From contig JWZX01003321.1 of NCBI GenBank assembly GCA_001275005.1, forward strand, positions 1 through 63,401: 63,401 nt of DNA, written 5' to 3'. The translations under genes and the position numbers were made by a program. Below, piece by piece: positions 46,132 to 56,322 of the stretch (its first letter is position 1; every line of letters begins with the position of its first letter). Origin of the DNA: Chrysochromulina tobinii (Eukaryota). Under the pieces are notes generated by a model that had not been told where the DNA came from, ran no database searches, and was given only the letters and a program-made list of their open reading frames with translations.

Positions 46132-47685
46132 CTACTTCTTGGTCGCCTTCGCTCCCCCCTTCTTCTTCTTCTTCCCGGTCGCCTTGTCGATGAGCGTCTC
46201 ACTCTGCTTCTTGAGCGCGTCCCGGTCGACCACCTCCTCTTCTAGGTCCTCCTCGAACTCCTCCTCCGACGGCGCCTCGTCTTCCCCAACTTCCTTCACG
46301 CGGTAGTTGTTGACCACAGGCGGCTCCATAGAGTGCGACGAGGGCTTGTGCAGCGCAGCCTCTCCCAGGTCGCGCACCAGCGCCTCCTCCTCCTGCTTGA
46401 TCGCGCCCAGCACGATCTTCAGCCGTCGCTCGCACTGCAGCAGAACATCGACCATGTTGTCGTCGGTCAGCACGAGCGCAGGCTCCTCAAGCTTGACGCC
46501 CTCAAGGCGCTCCGCGAGATGCTGGATGCCCGCCTTGACGGCGACGAGCACCTTCGTCAGCCGCTCGAACTTGACACGCTGCTGCTCCGTCTTTCGATCC
46601 TCCTTCTTCTCGCCTGCTGCTGGGACCTCCGAGTCCTCCGTTGCTGTCGAGAACTTGAGCTTCTGCACGCGCTCCTGCACCTGCGCCTTCTTCTCGATGA
46701 GCTGCTCGATCTTGGCCTGGCTCTCGCGCGTCATCGCGAGCAGATTCTTGTGCGTCTCCTCCTGCGTGATGAACTTTTGGATCACCTCGTTCACGTCCGC
46801 CACTCCCGTCGCCTCCTTGATCTCGCGGAAGGCAGATTCGTAAGCCGCGATCTTCTCCTGCTCCTCCTCAATGTCCGCCTCGGTGATCGTGTGCTGCCCG
46901 CCGCTCGGCCGCGCCGCCTCACCGCCCGCCTGCTGCGAGCCCATCGCCTCGCGCCGCGCCTTTTCGCGCCGCTCGAGCTCCGCGTTGATCTCTTGCTTCT
47001 TGGCGACGAGCGTGCGACGCTCGTTGAGCTCCTTCTCGCGCAGCTTGCGCTCCTCGGAGACGAGCGACTCGAACTTGGAGAGGTCCTGCTTGGCAACCTC
47101 CTTGGCCTGGTTCGCGTCGTGCGACATGAGCAGCAGCTCCTCGTAGTCGTGCTCCTTCGCCTTGAGCGTCAGCTCTCGCGCCTCGAGCTGGTTAGCGAAC
47201 CCGATCCGCTCCTCCTTGAGCCGCTTGACGATCTGCTCGTACGTGCGGCGCACCTCGTATGCATCCTCGTACTTGGTGACCGCCTTGGCCAGCCGCGCCT
47301 CGAGCGCCTTGATCTCCTTCATCGTCCCGTTGTCGTCCGCCGACGGCATCTGCGCCTCCTTGGAAAGGTCCTGCAGCCGATCCGTCAGCTTCTCAAGCTC
47401 GCGCCGCTTCTCCATGTTCGCATGCGCCAGCTCGTCGTGCTTGCGCCGCAGCGTGGTGATCTGCTCGTCGAGCTTGCTCAGCTCGGCCTCGTTGTCCGCC
47501 TTGACCGCCGCCGCCACCGACCGCTCGCGCGCCGTGCGCAGCGTCGAGTGCGCCGAAGGATGCTGTGTGGGCGCCTTCGCCTCGTCCTCGAGCGCGGTGA
47601 AGCGCCGCTGCAGGTCGGCGAGCTCCTCGTCCTGCTCGCCCGCGCCCCTCGCCGAGCGCATCATCTTCGTGTTCCCGGACGGCAT
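46132..47685 (-). CDS. Outer dynein arm docking-complex coiled-coil subunit (CCDC151/ODAD3-like)
   Basis: Long coiled coil with YEQIVKRLKEER, LLLMSHDA, AFREIKEATGVADVNEVIQKFITQEET, acidic then basic C-terminus. Confidence 0.8.
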   Translation of the reverse strand: MPSGNTKMMRSARGAGEQDEELADLQRRFTALEDEAKAPTQHPSAHSTLRTARERSVAAAVKADNEAELSKLDEQITTLRRKHDELAHANMEKRRELEKLTDRLQDLSKEAQMPSADDNGTMKEIKALEARLAKAVTKYEDAYEVRRTYEQIVKRLKEERIGFANQLEARELTLKAKEHDYEELLLMSHDANQAKEVAKQDLSKFESLVSEERKLREKELNERRTLVAKKQEINAELERREKARREAMGSQQAGGEAARPSGGQHTITEADIEEEQEKIAAYESAFREIKEATGVADVNEVIQKFITQEETHKNLLAMTRESQAKIEQLIEKKAQVQERVQKLKFSTATEDSEVPAAGEKKEDRKTEQQRVKFERLTKVLVAVKAGIQHLAERLEGVKLEEPALVLTDDNMVDVLLQCERRLKIVLGAIKQEEEALVRDLGEAALHKPSSHSMEPPVVNNYRVKEVGEDEAPSEEEFEEDLEEEVVDRDALKKQSETLIDKATGKKKKKGGAKATKK

Positions 47686-48052
47686 CTGGGGCTGACGACC
47701 CAAGCTGTTTGCGACCGCGCACAGTCAACACCCTTCTTGAGGTGTCGGTGAACTGTTCAGAGTCGCTGGGCGTGCCGTTACGTCAACTTCGCTCTCGCCG
47801 CCCGTCGCGTTCGACCGGTGTTCTCGCGTAGACAGGTAGATAGGTTGTAGCGTGCGGGGTGCTTTTGGTAGCCGGCGGCCCGGTGTCTCGTTTTGAATAC
47901 GGGTACGTCCGCCCGCTTGTATCGTGTCTCGCCTTGTATGGGCGGGCTAGGAGCTAGGTCTACATGTACATTTAGTTCCTGTTCAGGTGGTTTTCATGGG
48001 CGTCCCTCAACCTTCCTCGTCTTCGTGTGTTCCTGTGAATAAACGAACCTGC

Positions 48053-49090
48053 ATGGACGACTCCTTGTTCGACGACTTCGTCGCGCCGCAAGCCGCGGAG
48101 CAGCAGCTCGCATCCAGCCCCGCATCCTCAGCACGTCCCGCACAGCCCATCGTTGCCCCACCCGCTGGACCTGCCCCCGCCGCCGCCGTCGCCTCCGCCA
48201 ACGAGGACGGTTCCTCCGTGCCGCCTCCTCGAGCGAGCGGTTTCGGGCACCTGCACTCTGAGTGCATCGCGTGCGTCAATTTTCATGGCATTGATGACGT
48301 CACACGCTCACAGCTCGAGCAGGTGCTGCGCGACGCCGTCCTCGCGCCAGCCAAGCGGCAGAAGCTCGTCGAGCCGACGTGCGGCGTCGCGCCTGCGGGC
48401 GTCGTCCACTTCTTCCAGGCATTTTGTGCGGACTACGCGGGCGCATCGAGCGCCGCGGCAGCAGCCATCACGGCGGCGCAGCCGCAGTACGAGCGCCTCC
48501 TCTCCGAGCCGCTGCCCCTCGCGCGCTTGCAAGCCAAGGCCATCGGTGGCGGACGCACCGTGGCAGGCGGCCGTGGCGCGGGGCGCAGTGGAGGTCGGGG
48601 CGGTGGGAACGGGGCGGGCCGCGTCGCGTCGTCGCTGACCGCATTCAACGGGCGCTACTACGACGCAGAGCCAACCGTGCGCCCCGGCGCGCTCTCGGCC
48701 GAGCTTCGAGCCCTGCTTGGCATGCGAGAGGGTGATCCGCCACCGTACTTGCGTCGCATGCAGCAGCTCGGCTACCCGCCCGGCTACCTCGGCGACCCTA
48801 GCGCGCGCGGCGAGACGCTGCTCGAGCTGATCGACGACGAGGCGCCGCCTGCCGCCGCGCCCGCCGCCGAGGCGGGAGGCCGCACCGACGAGGCGCGCGC
48901 CGCTAGTGGAGGCATGAGTTCACATCTGCATTCACAGCTCTCTATCGGGAGCTCCGGGAGCTCCGCCGCTCTGAGGCCCGCGCCGCGGCGCCACGTGCCG
49001 CTGGTCGACTTCCCGGGCGTCAACGTGCCGCCGCCGCCAGATGCGCACCTGCCCTCGTGGAACTGGCTTGGACCGGTGCGGCCGCGGTGA
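48053..49090 (+). CDS. PSP-domain protein (ZCCHC8-like)
   Basis: RPGALSAELRALLGM...PPPYLRRMQQLGYPPGY and VDFPGVN. Confidence 0.8.
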   Translation: MDDSLFDDFVAPQAAEQQLASSPASSARPAQPIVAPPAGPAPAAAVASANEDGSSVPPPRASGFGHLHSECIACVNFHGIDDVTRSQLEQVLRDAVLAPAKRQKLVEPTCGVAPAGVVHFFQAFCADYAGASSAAAAAITAAQPQYERLLSEPLPLARLQAKAIGGGRTVAGGRGAGRSGGRGGGNGAGRVASSLTAFNGRYYDAEPTVRPGALSAELRALLGMREGDPPPYLRRMQQLGYPPGYLGDPSARGETLLELIDDEAPPAAAPAAEAGGRTDEARAASGGMSSHLHSQLSIGSSGSSAALRPAPRRHVPLVDFPGVNVPPPPDAHLPSWNWLGPVRPR

Positions 49091-49227
49091 CATAGTGGGG
49101 AGTTCCGAGAGTGTTCGATGGTTTGCGAAAAGGTCAGCCGCCAGCCTGACACACACGCCTGTTTCAGAACCGTTTGTTCACACCAGGCCTTTGTTTGGCG
49201 AGCCCGCCGGAAGAGCCGACCGAAAGC

Positions 49228-50812
49228 ATGCGACGATGCACGCCATCGTCTCCATTATGCGCGCTCGTGCTGCTTTTCGTGGCTGCTTCTGAAAGTGCAG
49301 CAGCACTTCTTGGCGACGCTGCGTCGTCGCAGCATCTAGGCGATGCCAAGACGGCGGCGTCTTGGCCAAGGAAAGAGAAGAAGTGCCACGGCTGGGGCGC
49401 GGTGACGACCAAGCGCGTGTACGCCTTCACCGTGTCTAGCAACTATTTCTCGGGTCTAGCGGTCGTCATGTACTCTGTCCATCGGGCACGATTGCGGCAC
49501 CGAGGAGGGCATCGTGAATCGGCCTCCTTCAACGACACCGGCTACCTTCTCCTCTGGAGTCGCCTGGAGCCCGACTCGATTCTGTCCGCCGAGCAGACCG
49601 AGCTGCTCGTCCGACTCGTAGCGCCGACCCATATCTTCTGGCGCGAGGTGCCCGCTCCGCGGCTGCTCGACTGGTCGCGTAAGCGAGGGCTCACGAGCGT
49701 CCCCGGCCAGTACTCAACCTTCTTCCGGTTAGACCTGTTCACCTCGTGGAATGACGAGACCTGCGCCGATGTGGCGGCGGGGAGCTTGCGCAGCGTCATG
49801 TACCTCGACTCGGACATGCTCGTGCTGCCGAACGCGCCCTCGCTCGACGAGCTGCACGACCGAATCTGGGACGCGCAGCGCAAGTCGGGCACGCACTATG
49901 AAAACGCCGGCACGCACCACCGATCGCCGCTGCACACGGCTGAGCGCCCGTCGTGGGTGATGCACGCGAGCGTCAACTACTTTCTCGGGCATGCCATCGC
50001 GGGCATGCTGGGCACAAAGATGCCTAGCAAGCTCGCCTCCGTCGACACGACGGGCATGGCCAACTTCCAGACCCTCAATGCCAACTTCCAACCCAATGCT
50101 GGCTTCTTAGCGTTCTGCTCGCCGGCGCCGCCTGAGTTCATGGTTGCGGTGAACGCGAGTGCGCAAGGAACGGACCAATACATGATGTGGAACGCCGTCA
50201 AACTGCTGAACGGCCATTGGAAGGTCGGCGCGCACTCCCCATTCCACCGTCCCATCTGATTGCATGCTGATTGCATGCTGATTGCATGCTGATGGAATGT
50301 TGATGGCATGCTGATGGCATACTGATTGCATTCTGATTGCATGCTGATCGACTCCCTCATCAGGTTGGCACGGACTTCCCGCCGCTACCGTCCCCGGCTC
50401 CCTTAGTACAATTTCAGCTGCACACCGACTGGTACATGAATGGCAAGCCGGTCATGGACCCGCCATGCTATGCGCCCAGCATGCACGTGCTCACCACGGC
50501 GCCCCTCCCCTTCCCCACAGGTACATGAATGGCAAGCCGGTCATGGACCCCGCCCTCCTCTCCAAGTACCGAGCGGCGCACTGGATGGGTCGCGAGAAGC
50601 CCTGGGGAGTACGGGTGCAGAACCTGCACAACCAGACCTACGGCACGCTCCGGCGAGCCCCGAGGGACGAGATGAGCCTGCCAATCATGAATCAATACTG
50701 GCTGGAGCTATGCGAGGACGCCATGCGCAGCTACGTGGTGAGCAATGGGCTATCGCCAGCGCTGATCGATTGCAGAACTTCAGGAGGTCAGGGGGAGATT
50801 TCAGGAGGTTGA
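49228..50812 (+). CDS. GT8-like glycosyltransferase; introns 50224-50363 and 50432-50520
   Basis: YFSGLAVVMYSV, FFRLDLF, VMYLDSDMLVL (DxD), NAG, GTDQ, AAHWMGREKPW; N-terminal signal/anchor. Confidence 0.82.
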
Positions 50813-51181
50813 CGACCTGACGATCACGATCACGCTGAACGCGTTCACGATCACGTGGTCTGTGTGCGGAGCTGCAGCTGGTGCGGAGGGGTCTCTGGCC
50901 CGTGTTTGATTGTGCATTGATGTGGACGATTCGCATTCGGACTCCGTCGGGTCTCTCGGCGTTCCGAATCGAATAAAATGAAGTCTCCATTAAATAAACA
51001 CACTCAAACACCTAACACGGATCGGATGTGAGTTTGACTATGTCACTTGTCAGCCGCCGCGGCCGGGCTGGAGTGCTCGGAAGTCCGGCACGGCTGATAC
51101 TGATTTGTGTTTTGTGATATGCCGTGCGTGCGCAGGCAAGCACCAAGCTGAGGCCCGGACGCCGGCTCGCGCGCAGCACGC

Positions 51182-53022
51182 TCAAGCGCCAGCGCCGTCG
51201 ATCGCCTGGACCGCGTGTTGGAAGATGTCGATGGTGCACTGGACGCGGCGCTCGAAGCCATAGACGGGCACCGCACCGCACCACGTGCCCGCTCGCTCTT
51301 CGACCAGCTTGGCGTGCCGCGCTGTGTGGAGCTGCTGCAGCTGCGCCAGGTACGCACCGGCATCGGTGCGCTCGGCAGAGCCCTCCGGCATCCGGAGCAT
51401 CTCGCCCGCTGTGGGGAAAGCCTTGAGCGCACCGATGCGGATGAGCGCCTCCATGAAGCCCTCAAAGGGGAGCACCTGGATGCAATGAGGGAGGCAATCA
51501 GTGGCCATCCTCCATGAAGCCCTCAAAGGGGAGCACCTGGATGCGCCATCAGATGTGCATCTGAGGTACATCAGAGGAGGCAATCGGACGTCATCAAGGG
51601 CACTCATCCGAGGCCGAATCAAGTGCAATCATGAGTAATCGGGGGCAGTCACCGTGTCCTCGTAGTGGCCTCGCGGCGTCTGGGAGTCGCCTACGGCCAT
51701 CCGCGCCCAGCTGAAGCATCGAACCTGCATGCAATGAGGGAGGCGATCAGTGGCAATCAGTGGCAATCAGCCATCCGCGCCCAGCTGAAGCAGCGCACCG
51801 CATCTCGCTCCGAGAGATCGGGTCCGATGACGTGGAGCCTCTTGAGTGCGTGCAGCCATGGGCGGAGTGCCACTGTGGGGATTGCTCGCTCGGGTGCATA
51901 GGAGCGCTCTCGAATGGTGTGTTTCTGGCGCTCCGCTGCGTGCGACGCGGACTCGTTGCCCACGGCGCTCGTCGAGCTCACGATGCATGCAAAGATGCGC
52001 TGGAGCGCGCCCTCGTTACGCTTGAGCACCTTGCATGTTGGCTCGCAGTAGCAGTAGAGGCGACGGAAGGCATCTGGGTCGGCGGTCACGAGTGCGCCCA
52101 GCCGCGACTGCACGCACACGCCGAGCGTCGTCACGTTATCAGAGGTCATCAGAGGTCATCAGAGGTCATCAGCGGTCATCAGCGGTCATCAGCGGTCATC
52201 AGACGTCATCAGACGTCATCAGACGTCATCAGACGTCATCAGACATCATCAGCGGTCATCAGAGGTCATCAGCGGTCATCAGCGGTCATCAGCGGTCATC
52301 AGCGATCATCAGCGTACCTGCACGCACACGCCGAGCAGTTGCGAGACCGCATCGCTCACGTCAGGGATCTCGTGCGTGAGCACGAACATCGAGATCGAGA
52401 TGCGAACGAGCACGATCAGGAACTCGGGGCGTGAGAGCGCGTCACCACCGTCACCTCCTCCTCCCCCTCCCTCGGCCACAAGGTGCCCCCCGGCCCCGAG
52501 GGCGGCTGATGAGGTGTCCATCTCGTAGGTTTCGGAGAAGATGCGCTCAAAGTCCGAAAGCTTGTTGAACCTGGACGAAACGGTGGTGAGCTGGCAGTCC
52601 GTCACGAGCGCCCCCCAGGACGCGAGCGAGAGGGAGTTGAGGGAGCCGTTGAGTGAAGCATAGTTCGAAAAGAGGGAGGTGACTAGTTGGTTGTGCGCCC
52701 AGATCGCCTCCCCGACTTCCTCCACCTCATCGGGGATGCCGTCGCCGTCCTCGTCAGCTTCCTCGTCGCCGTCTCCGCGCAGGATCACGCGCACCAGCCC
52801 GAGGCTGAGCGCGTTCGTCCAGTCAGCTGAGAAGCGCGTCAAGCGCACCTGCAGGCAGACTCTCGAGGACAATTAGTGGTCAATAAGATGACAATTAGAG
52901 GTCAATTAGAGGACAATTAGAGGTCAATTAGAGGACAATTAGAGGTCATCAGGTATCATCCAGTCCGTTGAGAAGCGCATGAAGCGCACCATGACGCCGA
53001 ACATCATCATCATCACGCTCAA

Positions 53023-53061
<39 letters not shown>

Positions 53062-54091
53062 GCACAAGATTCCAATCGATGCCACTCAGAGGCAACCACA
53101 TGGGCACTCAGAGGCACTCAGAGGCAGTCTGAGGCAATCTGTAGCCATTTCGCGCACACACCTCCTCCGTGTCGTACAAGTCCTGGCTCTCTGCCCAGCT
53201 GGTCCGTGGTGCCCAAAGGCTGCGATACACGTCGAAGGGGGTCGGCGGCTTCATCTTGATGAGGCGTGCAATTGGCCGGCGCGACTTCGGCTTCGTCGGG
53301 CCTCCGAGCTCGAGCGGATCTCCGATATGACGATCTCCGAGATGGTGATCTCCGAGATGGCGAGGAGGCGCCAAGTATCTGTTTCGTCGAACCTCAGCGA
53401 TCTCGCGAACGAAGGCGCTCTGTGCGCGCTGCGTGTGCGCGTTGAGCGAGCGGCGCGCGATGGGATCTGCCGAGAAGTACGCGAGCTCAGCCACGGCCGA
53501 CCGTTGCCGATGACGTGACTCAAACTGGTCCGCCGCCACCGCACACTCAGCATCGTGGGCAGAGGTGGCAGCGAGTCGCGCCGAGAGAGTCGCCTTGACG
53601 ACCCGCGAGACCAGAGCTGCCTTAGTGCCGGCCCGAAGCCAGCGCGCGCGCACGCTCGAGACGATGCCAGCATCACAGGCAGCCTCCGTGCTTGCACCAC
53701 TGTCAAGGCCAAGGTGCTGGTGGGCTTTCGCCGCCGCCAGATCCGTCGCACGCTTCAACTGCCAAGCGCTCCTTGTCTCCACCATCTTTGGAGTTGTGTC
53801 GAAGCGCTTCGTCGCGAGAGCGCCTCCTCCGCTGCTGCTGCCTTGTGGGCCGTCGACGAGTGCGACTTTCTCCATGGGCCGCGCCGAACCGCCGCCCGGA
53901 AGGCGCTCCTTCTCGGATCGTGGTGTCCATTGCATAACGGCAGCACCGCCGCCGTACACGAAGGGGTCGCCCGTGAATGGGTCCGTCCTGAGGTCTTGCA
54001 GGCGCCGTCCAGGCTTGCGGCCACGCGACTCCACAAGTGGTCGTTGCTGCAGCAAGGCGACGATCTGGTCGTCGACGAGCGACATGAGCAA
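51182..54091 (-). CDS. Multi-exon hypothetical protein with EF-hand-like helical C-terminal region; introns 53161-52849, 52317-52108, 51798-51725, 51652-51476
   Basis: Five in-frame exons joined by GT-AG introns; DEDGDGIPDE, LSRPEFLIVLVRI, LPFEGFMEALIRI. Confidence 0.7.
52141..52310. repeat. Intronic 10-mer minisatellite (AG[AC][GC]GTCATC) x~17
   Basis: Direct reading. Confidence 0.95.
53002..53061. repeat. Intronic (CAT)n microsatellite
   Basis: Direct reading; next to GACAATTAGAG/GGTCAATTAGA repeats at ~52866-52945. Confidence 0.9.
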
Positions 54092-54698
54092 AACAGTTTT
54101 CGTGTGGTGTCGTTACGCGACTTGACCCCAAACTGGATTGCTTGCATGCAATTGACGTCACCTGGACGGAGTGAACGCCAACGGCGAAGGCGAAGGGGTT
54201 GTGTACCGCACCCGAAATACCGCCTAAACTCATAACACTAACGAACGTCAGCGGTTACGTGAAAAACCTCATACATGTATACTCTGCTGACCAAAAAGCA
54301 TCGAGTTTTTATCGCTCACTTCTTGTGCTGGCGCAGAGCCCGAGGCATTGACAAAGCGAGTGGCGCATGCCGAGCCTGAGCACGTCAAGCTTTGCTCGAG
54401 ACTTTGCGCTTTCGTCGATCGAATTCCGGAAACATCTTTCGCATCACGCATGGTGATCCTTCGGCTTTACGCTTCGTTAAGTTAACGCACACCGTCGCGT
54501 CAGCGTCACCGAGGAGAGGGCACACAGCCACAGCACCGACCGGAGGGAGGCGGCATGGCGCATGGGACTTGGGAGGCGCTGTTATACGAATACGTCCCGC
54601 TATGTTATCACATATCAATAACCGTTTCATGTTTGGATCGTCGGCCGCCTCTCTCGCGGCTATATATATATCTATATCCTTCTCGCCCGTCCCACTTC

Positions 54699-55319
54699 CT
54701 AATCCTCCGCTGGCTGCAACCGTCCAGCCGCGGCTTCCCTTAGCTCATTCAGCTTGGCAAGCAGCGCTTTGGCCTGCCGATGGTCCGGGCAGTGCTCGAG
54801 CACCTCCACAAGGTGCTCCTCCGCCTCTTCATGCCTTCTCTCCTCGATAGCGATCAAAGCCGTGTGGAAGCGGGCGCGCCAGTGGGTGCCATCGTGCTGC
54901 AGCACGCTCTCCAAGATCTCGAGCGCCTTCTCGCGCCGCCCACTCTTTTGGTAGCAGACGCCGAGCAGGAAGCCCGCCTCTCGATGCATGATGTCCTCGA
55001 AGCTTGTCGTGCCGGCAAGCTTGATAGCCTCGTCGAGCACCTCCTCCGCGTCAAGTGGGCTGCCAAGCCGGATGAAAGTCCGAGCCAAGAGATGATGCAG
55101 CTCGACGCGCCGCGCCATAGGCACACCACCCACGCGCGCTCTGTCCACTGCTTCCGTGAGGGTCAGCCGTGCTCGTTCGAGTTCCTCTGGACTCTCGAGG
55201 CGCCGAATGTCTTCGACGGTCGGTAAGGTGGATATGCATCGGTGGTGACTCTTCGCTGTGATCTTGGCGCGCGTGACGAAGCGCTGCGGCAACATCGCGC
55301 ATCGCGCAGCCATCCGCAT
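54699..55319 (-). CDS. TPR-repeat protein, possible mitochondrial presequence
   Basis: Three TPR-like units (HLLARTFIRLG, FLLGVCYQKSG...A, FHTALIAIEE...A...P); Arg-rich N-terminus. Confidence 0.75.
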   Translation of the reverse strand: MRMAARCAMLPQRFVTRAKITAKSHHRCISTLPTVEDIRRLESPEELERARLTLTEAVDRARVGGVPMARRVELHHLLARTFIRLGSPLDAEEVLDEAIKLAGTTSFEDIMHREAGFLLGVCYQKSGRREKALEILESVLQHDGTHWRARFHTALIAIEERRHEEAEEHLVEVLEHCPDHRQAKALLAKLNELREAAAGRLQPAED

Positions 55320-55476
55320 CGCGAGGACTCGCGCGAGAGACGCGTCGCGACGTCAGAGTGAATGTGTTACCTGTGAATCAGTTTCAGTTTCAGTTTCTTC
55401 GCGGTCCCCCCACGCTCACTCCACCTCCCGGCCCTAATGTGATATGAGGGGTGGGGGAGTACGTGCCCTACTGGCC

Positions 55477-55856
55477 CCACCGTCTCGACGGACGGCTCCG
55501 CTCCCCTCGGTCAACACAAGTACTGAGTACCACCGTCTCGACGGACGGCTCCGCTCCCCTCGGTCAACACAAGTACTTTGTGTTTTTGTGTGCACACCCG
55601 ACCATTCTGCATTCAATTCCCAAACTGGTGTAGAGGGGGGACCCGTTCCACAGTGTCTAGGGGTGGTCCCAACCCGTACATGTATCCCACCGCTCGCCCA
55701 CGTACCGGCTCGGGAGATAGGGGGACAGAGAACCAGCGGCTCCAGGAGGTCGCTGGCCTTCAACCTCCTCATCCGTTTTCAGAACCGAGGTGGAATGCGG
55801 ATCCACCGTCTCGACGGACGGCTCCGCTCCCCTCGGTCAACACAAGTACTGAGTAC
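55477..55856. repeat. Three near-perfect copies of a 48-54 bp direct repeat (55477, 55530, 55803); probable mobile-element terminus
   Basis: CCACCGTCTCGACGGACGGCTCCGCTCCCCTCGGTCAACACAAGTACT is identical in all three copies. Confidence 0.85.
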
Positions 55857-56322
55857 TCGCTCGCTCGGGCTACTCAATTTCGCTAGTGAGGTCGGTCTCA
55901 GTTACTCAGTATGACTTGACTTGTCGCTCCATTCTATCGCGATGGCCACCTCCGACCCCCCCTCTCCCCTCCCCTTGCACGGAAACGAGGAAAGAAATCC
56001 GTTGTACTTGTATAGAGGCCAACTAGCGGTGTTACAAGCGGTGTGGGGGTTGGTTGGGGGGCGCGGGGTTCAATTCTGGTTCAATTGTACTGGCCGCCGC
56101 GAAGTAGGACTTCTTCTGGTTCAAAAACTCCGGGGAGCCGGGGAGCCGGGACACACACGGGACGGAAACTAAGATGACACTGTCTTGTGTCGGCGTGTTG
56201 GGGACACAACGAAACAGCGATTTTACTGCACGATTTTGCGGCGAGCGCATCGAACTTCAAAAGGCCGGGCCGGAAGGCAGAAGCGAGAAGGCTCCAGCCC
56301 TGGTCGCCCGTTTGTCCCCATC

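Noticed and set aside
46333..47751. 472-aa plus-strand ORF and many other long antisense/overlapping ORFs
   Set aside because: Shadows of real genes caused by high GC3 codon bias; no motifs.
52141..52310. Regular repeat array resembling CRISPR
   Set aside because: 10-bp head-to-tail units with no unique spacers, inside a spliceosomal intron; no cas genes.
52979..53518. ORF with poly-Ile (TM-like) stretch
   Set aside because: Translation of an intronic (CAT)n microsatellite on the non-coding strand.
55477..55856. ~50-bp repeats as a CRISPR mini-array
   Set aside because: The first two copies are directly tandem and the third is ~225 bp away; eukaryotic context, no cas genes.
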